64,000 bases of DNA from Myxococcota bacterium (GTDB lineage Bacteria; Myxococcota_A; UBA9042; PHBI01; JAWLBL01), in NCBI GenBank assembly GCA_041687695.1, contig JAWLBL010000011.1, forward strand, positions 64,001 through 128,000. The letters run 5' to 3'. Below the pieces are notes generated by a model that saw only the letters and a list, made by a program, of their open reading frames with translations, was not told where the DNA came from and made no database searches. The translations under genes were made by a program, and so were the position numbers. Shown here one piece after another: positions 1-9,529 of the stretch; the first letter of the stretch is position 1, and each line of letters opens with the position of its first letter.

Positions 1-1992
1 GAGGATGGCCTGGGTGATCTCGTCGCCGTCCTCGCAGGCCCAGTAGGCCGCGCGCAGCAGGGCGTTCTTGATCATGCCGCCCGTCATCTCGAAGCGCTTG
101 GCGATGGCGCCGAAGTCGACGTCGCCCGCGAGGGGCGCCTCGGGCGGGCACAGGGTCTCCCAGATGAGGCGGCGCTGGTCGACGTCGGGCTCCTCGAAGG
201 TGACGCGGAACTGGATGCGGCGGATGAGGGCGCGGTCGAGGGAGCCATAGAAGTTTGTGGTCAGGATGACGATGCCGGGGAAGCGCTCGATCTCCTGCAG
301 CAGCAGGTTCACTTCCATGTTGGCGTAGCGGTCGGTCGCGCTCTTCGTCTCGGCCGAGCGGGCGGCGAAGAGCGAGTCGGCCTCGTCGAACAGCAGCATC
401 GCGTGGCTGATGCGCGCCTGCTGAAAGATCTGCTTGATGTGCTTTTCCGTCTCGCCCACCCACTTCGAGACGACCTCGGGCAGGTTCACGCGGTACAGCG
501 GGCGGTCGAACTCGCCGGCGATGATCTCGGCGCAGAAGGTCTTGCCGGTACCCGGCGGGCCGTCGAACAGGCAGGTGATGCCCTTGCCGGTCACGAGTTT
601 TTTGCCGAAGCCCCACTTGTTGAGGACCGTCGCCTGGTTGCGGATGGCGGCGATGATCTCGCCGACCTTCTTCTGCGCGTCGTCGGGCAGCACGATGTCG
701 CGCAGCCGCATGTGCGTCGTCGTGCGGACCGTCAGGTCCTCGAGCGCGTAGCGCAGCTGCGAGCGGCAGCCCTCGTCGAGCAGCGCCATCGTGAGTTGGG
801 GCTTCTTGGGGTTGCGCGCCAGCGCTCGGTTGACCGCCACCAGGATGGCGTTCTTGATGGTGCCGCCCGGGAAGTCGTAGATGTTGGCCAGCACGTCCAG
901 ATCGATGTCGGTCGACAGCGGCACCTCGGGCGGCAGGTGCACCTCCCAGATCTGCCGGCGCAGCGCCGCGTCGGGCAGCTCGAACGGCAGGTGGTAGATG
1001 ATGCGCCGCTCGAGCGCGTCGTCGAGCAGATCCGGGTGGTTGGTCGTCAGGACGCAGATGCCCTGGAAGTCCTCGATGGCCTTGAACGCCGCCGCCTTGC
1101 GCTTGTCGTGCTTGGCCACCAGGGCCTCGCACTCGTCGATGAGCACGACCGCGTCGCGCATGGACGCCTCGTTGAAGACGTCGCGCAAGGTCCCGTCGAC
1201 GTTGTCCTTTTCGGGCAGGTCGGCGGCCGAAAGGAAGAGCAGCGGCCGCTTGAGGTGCGCCGCCAGCGCCTGCGCCAGCAGGGTCTTGCCCGTGCCGCTC
1301 GGCCCGGAGAACAGGAACGTCAGCCCGCGCCCGTAGGGCAGCACCTGGTCGAACCCCCAGTCGCTGATGACCTCGCGATACCGGGTGTGCTGCTCGACCA
1401 GCTCGCGCACCTGCCGCAGCTGCTCGGCCGGCAGGATGACGTTCAGCAGCGACACGCCGGGCCGCTCGAGCCGCGCCAGCTTGCTGACGGTCTCGCCCAG
1501 CTCGTCCTCGCCCAGCACGAAGCGCAGGGTGGGGGGCGTAATCTCGAGATAGCGCGCCAGCAAGGCGTCCGGCGCTCCCAGCTCGGTCCGCGACAGGCTG
1601 ATGAGCTGGTTCTTCACCAGCCGCGACGACGGCAAGAACGCCTTGCGCGCGTTCATCCGCTCGGCCGCGGTCCGGCAGAACTGGTCGACGACCACGCGGA
1701 CCGTGACGCTGCGCGAGAACATCTCGCGCCCGAGCCGCGCCAGGATCTGCGACATCTTCGGCTCGGTGTGGCACGCCGTGGCGAGCATCAGGCACTTGAG
1801 CTCGAACCCGTCCAGCCGGAAGCGCTTCGCCAGCTGCGCCAGCGGGATCTCGCTCGCGCGCAGCCGCGCCTCGAACGCCTCCCAGCGCGCGCGCGCGCCC
1901 TCCACCGGGGCGTCACCGTTCGCGCTCAACCACTCGCCCATGGCCGAGACCCCCTCGCAGAGGATCTCCTGGTTCAAGCTGCTCGCGTCCAT
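1..1992 (-). CDS. Tandem AAA+ ATPase with two modules, 3' end outside the window; resembles the family containing eCIS Afp15/Pvc15
   Basis: Not in the ORF track. Hand translation from ATG 1992 (MDASSLNQEILCEG...) stays open to base 1. Walker A GPSGTGKT and GPPGTGKT, Walker B VLIDE and LLFDEAD, plus VVSKWVGETEK and DRYANMEVNLLLQEIE motifs. Confidence 0.9.
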   Translation of the reverse strand, partial: MDASSLNQEILCEGVSAMGEWLSANGDAPVEGARARWEAFEARLRASEIPLAQLAKRFRLDGFELKCLMLATACHTEPKMSQILARLGREMFSRSVTVRVVVDQFCRTAAERMNARKAFLPSSRLVKNQLISLSRTELGAPDALLARYLEITPPTLRFVLGEDELGETVSKLARLERPGVSLLNVILPAEQLRQVRELVEQHTRYREVISDWGFDQVLPYGRGLTFLFSGPSGTGKTLLAQALAAHLKRPLLFLSAADLPEKDNVDGTLRDVFNEASMRDAVVLIDECEALVAKHDKRKAAAFKAIEDFQGICVLTTNHPDLLDDALERRIIYHLPFELPDAALRRQIWEVHLPPEVPLSTDIDLDVLANIYDFPGGTIKNAILVAVNRALARNPKKPQLTMALLDEGCRSQLRYALEDLTVRTTTHMRLRDIVLPDDAQKKVGEIIAAIRNQATVLNKWGFGKKLVTGKGITCLFDGPPGTGKTFCAEIIAGEFDRPLYRVNLPEVVSKWVGETEKHIKQIFQQARISHAMLLFDEADSLFAARSAETKSATDRYANMEVNLLLQEIERFPGIVILTTNFYGSLDRALIRRIQFRVTFEEPDVDQRRLIWETLCPPEAPLAGDVDFGAIAKRFEMTGGMIKNALLRAAYWACEDGDEITQAIL

Positions 1993-2122
1993 GCCACCGC
2001 CCGAAGCCACCCGCACGTCGTCCCACGCCAGTCGCGCGCCCCCTCGGACCCGCCCGGCGCCGCGTATCCTCTCCCGGCCGCCGACCCGGCGCAAGGTGGG
2101 CGCCGACGCGGCCCTCGCCGCG

Positions 2123-3451
2123 CTATCTCAGCGGAATCGAACGGATCCAGCGGATCGCCGTCGGGTCCTTGGTCAGCCCGCGCGCCTCGGCGACCAGGCC
2201 CTCGCACTGCTCGGCCGTCAGCCTCGCGTCCAGCGCCGACAGGTCGTAGGCGATGCCGTACTTGGGGAAGTCGATGTGCGCCGAGCGCAGGTTGCTGAGG
2301 CCCGCGTTGTAGATGGCGTCGTCGACCGCCTTCTTGGTCCCGCGCTTGTCGACGTGCACGACCGCCAGGATGCTGCCGGCGTCCTCGGGATCGAAGTTGA
2401 TCTCGGCCCGCGGGTTGAACACGCAGTTGCGGAACATCCCGAACTCGCTGAACAGCCGCGTCGTCTTGGCCATGTAGCGCGCGATGCGGGGCTGCGCCTC
2501 CTGGGTGGCGGCGCCGATGTGCGGGGTCGCGAACACGCGCGGCTCGCCCTCGTAGGGGTTGACCCACTTGCTGGTCGCCGCCTCGCCCGGCTCCTCGGGG
2601 AAGACGTCGGTCATGGCATAGGACACCAGCCCCTCGGACACCGCCCGCCGCAGCACCTCGGGGTCGACCACCACGCCGCGCGCCAGGTTGATGAACAGGC
2701 GCGGGCTCAGCTCGGGCTTGTCCGCGAAGGCGCGGAAGTGCTCGTAGGTCACCAGGTTCCGGTTGACCTGCCCGTGGAGATCCTCGGCCGAGACGTGCAC
2801 GCTGACGAAGTCGGACATGCGGAAGAGCTCGTCGATGCTCTTGCACGCGCGGTAGCCCATCGCGCGGCCCACCTCGCGCGGCACGTCGGCCGTGTCGTGG
2901 AAGTAGATCTCCATGCCGAGCGCCTGCCCGAGCTGCGCCACCTGCCGGCCGATGTTGCCCATCCCCAAAAGGCCCAGGCGCTTGCCCGCGACCTCGTAGC
3001 GCGCCTTGTTGTCCTTCTTCCAGACCGAGTGGCTCATCTCGGAGACCGAGTCGAACAGGCGCCGCGACATCACGACCAGCAGCCCCATGACCATCTCGGC
3101 CACCGAGCGCCCGTTCGAGATGGGGTCGTTCATGACGAGCACGCCCTGGCGCGCGCAGGCCTCCTTGTCGACCGAGTCGTCGCCGATGCAGCACAGCATC
3201 ACGGCGGCGAGGCGCTCGCTGGCCTGCACCACCCGCTCGGTGATGAGCACCTTGCTGCGCTTGAAGACGAGATCGTGCTGGCCCTCGCTGAGCAGGCGGA
3301 CCAGCTCGTCCTCGCTGGGCGCGTCGGCCACGCGGTGGGGCTCGATGCCCATCTCGCGCAGCTCGGCGTCGAGCAGCGGGTCCGGGTTCTCGATGATGAG
3401 AGCGCGTTTGAACGGGCCTTCGTGACGACGCGGCAGGTTGGGTTGCGACAA
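2123..3451 (-). CDS. serA: D-3-phosphoglycerate dehydrogenase-like 2-hydroxyacid dehydrogenase
   Basis: GLLGMGNIG Rossmann motif, FINLARG, DVFPEEP, TPHIGAATQEAQ, ACT-like C-terminus. TTG start preceded by AAGGAG. Confidence 0.8.
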   Translation of the reverse strand: MSQPNLPRRHEGPFKRALIIENPDPLLDAELREMGIEPHRVADAPSEDELVRLLSEGQHDLVFKRSKVLITERVVQASERLAAVMLCCIGDDSVDKEACARQGVLVMNDPISNGRSVAEMVMGLLVVMSRRLFDSVSEMSHSVWKKDNKARYEVAGKRLGLLGMGNIGRQVAQLGQALGMEIYFHDTADVPREVGRAMGYRACKSIDELFRMSDFVSVHVSAEDLHGQVNRNLVTYEHFRAFADKPELSPRLFINLARGVVVDPEVLRRAVSEGLVSYAMTDVFPEEPGEAATSKWVNPYEGEPRVFATPHIGAATQEAQPRIARYMAKTTRLFSEFGMFRNCVFNPRAEINFDPEDAGSILAVVHVDKRGTKKAVDDAIYNAGLSNLRSAHIDFPKYGIAYDLSALDARLTAEQCEGLVAEARGLTKDPTAIRWIRSIPLR

Positions 3452-3588
3452 CGCAGGGCTCCTTGGGCCGTGAGGCGGCGCATCCTAGCGCCCGCGGCGC
3501 GGGCTGTCAGCCTTGACGCGCTGTCGCGCCGGCCCGTGGCAGGGGGCGTTATTGGCACCCGCGGCGGAGCCGTGCTTAGGTCTGCGGC

Positions 3589-4977
3589 GTGAGCGCCTCC
3601 GAACTCTGGTCCGCCACCTGGCCCTGGCTCTGGCCCACGGCCCTGCTCGCCGCCTGGATCGCCGTCAGCCTCGTTGGCGTGCGCCGGCTGCTGCGGTGGC
3701 TCGAGCGCCGCTCGACGGGTAGCTCCACCCTGAGCGAGCGGTTCGTCCGACGGGCGCGCCAGGTGCTGGTCGGCGCGGCCGTCGCCGTGGGCGTCGTGCT
3801 GTGGGGCATCGTCGTCCCGACGTCCGACGCCGTCACGCGCTTCCTGGTCCGCGACGTCCAGCCGTGGCTGTGGCCCACCGTCGCGCTGGCCGTCTGGCTG
3901 GTCGGGATGCACGCCGCGACCCGCCGCGCCATCGCCTGGCTCGAGCAGCGCACACAACGCACCACCAACCAACTCGACGACGCCTTCACCACCGCCCTCG
4001 CGCGCCCGCTGTCGTGGCTGGTCGCCCTGGTCGGCGTCGCCGTCTGGGCCGATCTCGTGCCGCTCCCTGCCGGCGCGACGAGCTACGTCGAGCTGGGCAG
4101 CAAGGCCGTCGCCGTCCTGGTCCTCATCATCTTCGCCGACGGGTTCGTCCAGGCCTGGATGACCCGCCGCGCGATGCACTCGAAGGTCCTCGCGACCAGC
4201 GGCGGCGTGCTCCGCTCGGGCGCCCGCCTGCTCATCTGGGTGCTCGGCCTGCTGATGATCATCTCGACGATGGGCATCGACATCACGCCCATCCTCGCCT
4301 CGCTGGGCCTGGGCTCGCTGGCCATCGGCCTCGCCCTCAAGAACACCCTCGAGGACTTCTTCGCGGGCCTGCTGCTCGCCGCCGACCAGGCCATCCGCGT
4401 GGGCGACTTCGTCGACATCGAGTCCGGCCAGGGCGGCTGGGTCCTGTCCATCGGCTGGCGCACGACGCGCCTGCGCACGCGCGACGACATCCACGTCATC
4501 GTCCCCAACTCCAAGCTCTCCCAGTCCACCCTGTTCAACCGCAGCCTGCCGCAGAGCGAGGTCAGCTTCACGGTCGACGTCGGCGTCCACTACGCGAGCG
4601 ATCTCGACCACGTGGCCCGCGTCGCCCGCGAGGTCGCCAAGGACGTGATCACGACCAGCCCCAAGGCCGTGGCGCAGTTCGAGCCGCGGGTCGTCTACGG
4701 CGAGTTCGGCGACTCGAGCATCAACTTCCGCGTCTGGCTGCGGGCCCGCTCGTGGGACGATCACTTCGGCCTGCGCGACGCCTTCATCCGCGCCCTGCAC
4801 CCCCGGTTCCAGGCCGAGGGCATCGTCATCCCGTTCCCGATCCGCACCCTGGACGTCCCGGCGGGCACGCGCGTGCAGATCGAGCGCGTCGAGACCCGGC
4901 CAGAAGGCGCGTCGTCGTCCGATCGGCCGCGGGCCGAGGCCTCGGCCCCGCCAACTAACGGTGGCGGTGTCGGGTGA
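3589..4977 (+). CDS. MscS-family mechanosensitive channel
   Basis: ASLGLGSLAIGLALKNTLEDFFAG, IRVGDFV, IGWRTTRLRT, IVPNSKL and GIVIPFP motifs. Confidence 0.9.
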   Translation: MSASELWSATWPWLWPTALLAAWIAVSLVGVRRLLRWLERRSTGSSTLSERFVRRARQVLVGAAVAVGVVLWGIVVPTSDAVTRFLVRDVQPWLWPTVALAVWLVGMHAATRRAIAWLEQRTQRTTNQLDDAFTTALARPLSWLVALVGVAVWADLVPLPAGATSYVELGSKAVAVLVLIIFADGFVQAWMTRRAMHSKVLATSGGVLRSGARLLIWVLGLLMIISTMGIDITPILASLGLGSLAIGLALKNTLEDFFAGLLLAADQAIRVGDFVDIESGQGGWVLSIGWRTTRLRTRDDIHVIVPNSKLSQSTLFNRSLPQSEVSFTVDVGVHYASDLDHVARVAREVAKDVITTSPKAVAQFEPRVVYGEFGDSSINFRVWLRARSWDDHFGLRDAFIRALHPRFQAEGIVIPFPIRTLDVPAGTRVQIERVETRPEGASSSDRPRAEASAPPTNGGGVG

Positions 4978-5422
4978 CCAGCTCCTCGGGCAGCTCGCTC
5001 GCGACCAGGAAGATGAGCGTGAACAGGCGCCGCGCCAGCCGGTGCTCGAGCTGCACGAAGCCCGACAGCGCCCGCTGGAGCATCTCGCCGGCCTCGTCGT
5101 GGACGAGCTTCTTGGCGTAGTCGAGCGTCTCGAGCTGCCGCATGCCATAGGCGTTGTCGCCGTAGCGGACCAGCTGCTCGATGACGTGGCGGTACTCGCG
5201 GAAGTGTGGCCGCAGCGCCTCGTGGCGCACCGCCAGGCGCAGCGGCTCGCAGACTTCCTCGGGGTGGATGGCGATCTCGACCCCGGCCTCGTGACGGAAC
5301 ACCGTCAGCGTCGGCGGCTGCCCGTCGCAGTCGCCGTTGAGGTCCATCAGGGCCATGCGCCACTCGCGCTCGCGCTCGGGCGTCGCGGCGGCGTACAGGG
5401 TGGGGTCGAGCCGAAACTTCAC
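4955..5422 (-). CDS. UPF0262-family protein
   Basis: 155 aa; ATPEREREW...MRQLETLDYAKKLVHDEAGEML...ARRLFTLI resembles the UPF0262 pattern. Confidence 0.7.
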   Translation of the reverse strand: MKFRLDPTLYAAATPEREREWRMALMDLNGDCDGQPPTLTVFRHEAGVEIAIHPEEVCEPLRLAVRHEALRPHFREYRHVIEQLVRYGDNAYGMRQLETLDYAKKLVHDEAGEMLQRALSGFVQLEHRLARRLFTLIFLVASELPEELVTRHRHR

Positions 5423-5459
5423 GCCGGAACCTCTTCGGTGGCGTCTGTGGCGTCGTCGC

Positions 5460-6383
5460 CTAGGGCGTCGTCGTCGCGATGGGGCGCGCCTTGGCGGGGG
5501 GCGCGTCGGCCTTGCGCGGCTTGGCGGCCGGCCGAGCCAGCAGCGCGGTCACGTGCTGGCGCATCTCTTCGAAGGGGACGGCGCCGATCGTGACCGACCG
5601 GGCGACGCCCTCACGGTCGACGTAGACGATGGTCGGCAGGGAGCGCAAGCCCAGTCGGTCGCGCATGATGAACGACGGGTCGAGCACGATGTCGGAGTCG
5701 TCGAAGTCCTTGCGGACGTCGAGGAAGGCGTCGACGTCCTCGCGCTCCTCGGCGGTGACGCTGAGGATGGTCAGCCCGTCGGCGCGGTGGCGGCGCTTGA
5801 GCTCGGTCAGCCAGGGGACGATCTTCTTGCAGGGCCCGCAGTAGGTGGCCCAGTACTCGAGCAGGACGGGCTTGCCGCGCAGGCTGCCCAGGGTGACCTT
5901 CTCGCCGGTCTCGAGGTCGACGAAGGTCAGGTCGGCCGGCAGCGGCTGGTCGATGAGCCGGTCCTTGGTGATCTGGTTGATGTCGGGGCGGGCGCCGAGG
6001 GTGACCGTGACGTCCTGGCGCGCCCGCTGACGCCACAGGGTCAGCTTCACCACGGCGCCGCGGGTGCGCGTCTCGAGCTGCGCGATGAGCTCCTTGGGCG
6101 TCGTGACCGGGACGTCGTCGATGGCGAGGATGATCTCGCCCAGCTCGAGGCCCGCGATCGCGGCCCCGCTGCCCGGGTAGACGTCGTTGACCTCGACGTG
6201 GGCGGCGCCTTCGGGGAGGCCGACCGCGGTCGGCGCGGCCAGATCCCGGACGCCGACACCCAGCCAGCCGCGCTCGGGCGCGGGCGGTGACTGGGCCGCG
6301 GCGCTGGCCGTCAGGCCTAGCGCGACCATGACCGCGAGGGGAACGAGGACCGAGGACTTGATCAGCAAAGAACGAAAGGGCAT
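5460..6383 (-). CDS. Exported PDZ domain + TlpA-like thioredoxin
   Basis: Signal peptide from ATG 6383, PDZ (GWLGV...VYPGSGAAIAGLELGEIILAID), then GKPVLLEYWATYCGPC and SLPTIVYVDREG. Confidence 0.85.
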   Translation of the reverse strand: MPFRSLLIKSSVLVPLAVMVALGLTASAAAQSPPAPERGWLGVGVRDLAAPTAVGLPEGAAHVEVNDVYPGSGAAIAGLELGEIILAIDDVPVTTPKELIAQLETRTRGAVVKLTLWRQRARQDVTVTLGARPDINQITKDRLIDQPLPADLTFVDLETGEKVTLGSLRGKPVLLEYWATYCGPCKKIVPWLTELKRRHRADGLTILSVTAEEREDVDAFLDVRKDFDDSDIVLDPSFIMRDRLGLRSLPTIVYVDREGVARSVTIGAVPFEEMRQHVTALLARPAAKPRKADAPPAKARPIATTTP

Positions 6384-6494
6384 GGGGTCTCCATCGCGGT
6401 CGCTCCGCGGGCTCGAGCGGGCATCGTAGGGGGCGACTTGAATAGGACAAGGTTGGGACCAGTCGGACGGCCACCCCGAACCCCGGAGAATCCT

Positions 6495-7439
6495 TTGATC
6501 CCCAAGCTCGCGATGCCGCTTCTGACCGTGGCGCTCACCGTCGTCCTCACCGCCGGCGCCTCCGCGCGCGCCGCTGGTCACGATGATCTGATCTCGGCCG
6601 TCCCGGCGCAAGCCGCGCTCGTCGTCGCGGTCGATCACGCCAAGCTCTCGGCGCACCCCCACTACGGCGACATCGTCAAGCTGCTCGAGGACCAGGGCTG
6701 GGCGGCGGGGCTCTCGGCCGACCCGACGTCCCCGCTGGCGCCCGGCAAGGCCGTGCTGCGGACGGTCACCTTCCGCATGGCCAACGACGCCGAGGGGGCC
6801 ATCCTCGCCGGCAAGTTCGAGCTGGCGGCCGTCGAGGCCCACTACAAGGGGGCGCTCGGGGCGGGCTTCGAGACGGGCGAGGTCGAGGGGCGGCGCTGGT
6901 TCTCCATCGGCAAGGGCATGCGCGCCGTCGACGTCGGGGGCGGGCGGCTGGCGCTGGTCGACAAGAGCGTGGCCACCAAGGTGGCCGAGCTGGCCGCCGG
7001 CAAGGGCAAGGCGATGTCGACCCGTGGCGACTACAAGACGCTGGCCAAGCAGGCCTCCAAGGGCGCGCCCCCGGTCTGGGGCGTGGTCTTCGTGCCCTCG
7101 CGGACCAAGAAGCAGCTCGAGGCCAAGGGCTCTGACGACATCGCGCAGGCCGACAAGCTGACCTTCCAGGTGGTGGGCTCCGGCGACATGACCGTCGGGC
7201 TGGTCGCGCACACCAAGGACGAGGCGGCGGCCCAGAAGCTGGCCGACGGCGTCAACGGCAAGATCGAGCGAAAGATCCTGGGCTCCAACGCGCTGCGGCT
7301 GCTGGGCGTCACCGCGCTCGCCGAGCAGGCGAAGATGATCGTCAAGGGCAAGACGGCCGTGGGCTCGGTCAAGCTGACGACCGCGCAGGTGGGCCTGCTG
7401 TCCCGCGTGCTGGGCAAGGTCCTGGTGGCCCTGAAGTAG
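6495..7439 (+). CDS. Exported hypothetical protein
   Basis: TTG start after GGAG, signal peptide ending ARA, host-like codon usage. Confidence 0.7.
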   Translation: MIPKLAMPLLTVALTVVLTAGASARAAGHDDLISAVPAQAALVVAVDHAKLSAHPHYGDIVKLLEDQGWAAGLSADPTSPLAPGKAVLRTVTFRMANDAEGAILAGKFELAAVEAHYKGALGAGFETGEVEGRRWFSIGKGMRAVDVGGGRLALVDKSVATKVAELAAGKGKAMSTRGDYKTLAKQASKGAPPVWGVVFVPSRTKKQLEAKGSDDIAQADKLTFQVVGSGDMTVGLVAHTKDEAAAQKLADGVNGKIERKILGSNALRLLGVTALAEQAKMIVKGKTAVGSVKLTTAQVGLLSRVLGKVLVALK

Positions 7440-7465
7440 TCGGTCGGGACCGTTCAGCCAGCCTC

Positions 7466-7494
7466 TTTACGGTGCCCGACGCCGGCGCTAGCGT
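7466..7494 (+). promoter_or_regulatory. Putative sigma70 promoter of alr (possibly leaderless)
   Basis: TTTACG-17 bp-TAGCGT, ending 6 bp before ATG 7501. Confidence 0.35.
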
Positions 7495-7500
7495 GCGCTC

Positions 7501-8673
7501 ATGTTGAGCCCCGAGCAGCACGTCGCGTCCTGGTGCGAGGTCTCGCACAGCGCCCTCCGGCACAACGTCAGGCTGTTCCGGCAGCGGGTCGGGGCCGACG
7601 GGCGGCTGGGGGTCGTGGTCAAGGCCGACGCCTACGGGCACGGGCTCGTCGCCTGCGCCCGCGCCTTCGTCGAGGCCGGCGCCGACTGGTTGATCGTGAA
7701 CTTCGTGCACGAGGCCGTCGCGCTCCGGCAGGCGGGGGTGGACGCGCCGGTGTACGTCTGCGGCAACGTCTCGGCCGCGCAGGCGCCGGCGGCGGCCCAG
7801 GCCGACGCGCGCGTGGTCTGCTACGACGCCGAGACCGTGCGCGCGCTGGCGGACGCCGGCCGGGCCCGCGGGCGGCCGGTGCCCATCCACCTCAAGATCG
7901 AGACGGGCAACCACCGCCAGGGCCTGCCCATCGGCGAGGCCGTGCAGCTCGGGCAGCTGGCCGCCGGCCTCGACGGCGTCGTGCTCGAGGGGCTGACGAC
8001 GCACTACGCGGACATCGAGGACACGACCGACCACCAGTTCGCGCACGGGCAGCTGCGGACCTTCCTCGAGGCGCGGCAGGCCTTCGAGGCGGCCGGCCTG
8101 CGCGTGCCGATGGTGCACTCGGCCAACTCGGCGGCGACCATCCTGTGGCCCGAGACCCACGGGACCCTGGTCCGGGTCGGCATCGCCGGCTACGGGCTGT
8201 GGCCGTCGGCCGAGACCTACGCCACCGCGCTGACGCTGCACGCCGCGGGCGAGCGCGGCTTCATCCCCGATCTCGAGCCGGCCCTGTCGTGGCGCGCGCG
8301 CATCGCGCAGGTCAAGGGCGTTCCGGTCGGCGGCTACGTCGGCTACGGGCGCACCTTCCGCGCCACCTACCCCATGCGCATCGCCATCGTGCCGGTCGGC
8401 TACCACGAGGGCTACGACCGGCGCCTGTCGAACCTGGCGCACGTCATCGTCGACGGCGTGAGGGCGCCGGTGCGCGGCCGCGTGTGCATGAACATGATGA
8501 TGGTGGACGTCACCCACATCCCGACGGCGCGCGTCGGGTCGGTGGCGACCCTGCTCGGGCGCGACGGGGACGAGCACGTCTCGGCGGACCGGCTGGCGGG
8601 CTGGATGGGCACGATCAACTACGAGGTCGTCTCGCGGATCCACCCCGGTCAGCCGCGGCTCCTCGCCCCCTGA
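7501..8673 (+). CDS. alr: Alanine racemase
   Basis: VVKADAYGHG PLP-lysine motif, HLKIETG, HSANSAA, VGYG, GRVCM, GTINYEV. Confidence 0.95.
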   Translation: MLSPEQHVASWCEVSHSALRHNVRLFRQRVGADGRLGVVVKADAYGHGLVACARAFVEAGADWLIVNFVHEAVALRQAGVDAPVYVCGNVSAAQAPAAAQADARVVCYDAETVRALADAGRARGRPVPIHLKIETGNHRQGLPIGEAVQLGQLAAGLDGVVLEGLTTHYADIEDTTDHQFAHGQLRTFLEARQAFEAAGLRVPMVHSANSAATILWPETHGTLVRVGIAGYGLWPSAETYATALTLHAAGERGFIPDLEPALSWRARIAQVKGVPVGGYVGYGRTFRATYPMRIAIVPVGYHEGYDRRLSNLAHVIVDGVRAPVRGRVCMNMMMVDVTHIPTARVGSVATLLGRDGDEHVSADRLAGWMGTINYEVVSRIHPGQPRLLAP

Positions 8674-8737
8674 CGGACCTCGTCTGGACCGCGCGTTTGG
8701 CCGCTCGGAGGGCCTTTCGGGGCCCCGGACAAACGTG

Positions 8738-8766
8738 TTGACGGTGGGGGGGCCGCGTGCTAGTCA
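8738..8766 (+). promoter_or_regulatory. Putative sigma70 promoter of the Fo operon
   Basis: TTGACG-17 bp-TAGTCA with a TG extension. Confidence 0.4.
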
Positions 8767-8831
8767 CGCGCCGCCCAAGGCGGCCGCCGAGGGCGTCCCG
8801 AATCGTCTCCCAAGCCCCTGATTTGCAACGC

Positions 8832-9110
8832 GTGAAGCCCCTCAAGCTCAAGTTCGACGCCGCCTCGGTCGGCCTGGAGATGGCCATCGCCATCGTGCTG
8901 GGCTGGCTCGTGGGCTCGTGGGTGGACGGCGAGCTCGGGTCCGCGCCGTGGGGCATGGTGTTCTTCCTCCTGTGCGGCGTCGCGGCGGGCTTCAAGGGGC
9001 TCATCCGCGTGCACCGGCAGGTCCAGGCCGACGCCCGCCGCCGCGAGCGCGCCCAGATGCGAGACGACCGTTCGGACGCGCGGTGGTCGGAAGCGCGGTG
9101 GCCGTCGTGA
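8832..9110 (+). CDS. AtpZ/AtpI-family two-TM protein
   Basis: SVGLEMAIAIVLGWLVGSWVD...PWGMVFFLLCGVAAGF; first gene of the Fo cluster; GTG start inferred. Confidence 0.8.
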   Translation: MKPLKLKFDAASVGLEMAIAIVLGWLVGSWVDGELGSAPWGMVFFLLCGVAAGFKGLIRVHRQVQADARRRERAQMRDDRSDARWSEARWPS

Positions 9111-9529
9111 CCGCCGCCAGCCCGAACACCGGGGCGCTGGTCACGCGCCTATTGCGCACGGCCGAGAAGCTCAACGTGGGCCTCGCCCTCATGGCCGTGG
9201 TCGCCGTCCACCTGGGCGCCGGCTTCGGCGCGATGTGGCTCGGCACCCTGCTGGGTGCCCTGGTCAACATCGCCAACTTCCGCGTCATCGTCTGGGTCGG
9301 CACGGGCCTCGTCCGCGCCGGGCAGAAGCGCCTCGGCTTCTACGGCGCCGTCTTCTTCGTGAAGATGGCCGCCCTGATGGCCATCGTCTGGCTCATCCTG
9401 AGCCGCCTCGACGTGACCCCCCTCGGCTTCATCATCGGGCTGGCGACCTTCCTGCCGGCCGTCCTGCTCACCACCCTGGGCGTCGCGCTCAAGCCGGCCG
9501 CCGCCCGCAGCACCAGCGGGAGCCTATGA
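9107..9529 (+). CDS. atpI: ATP synthase subunit I-like four-TM protein
   Basis: Four hydrophobic helices; GTGA and ATGA overlaps with both neighbours; directly upstream of atpB. Confidence 0.75.
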   Translation: MTAASPNTGALVTRLLRTAEKLNVGLALMAVVAVHLGAGFGAMWLGTLLGALVNIANFRVIVWVGTGLVRAGQKRLGFYGAVFFVKMAALMAIVWLILSRLDVTPLGFIIGLATFLPAVLLTTLGVALKPAAARSTSGSL

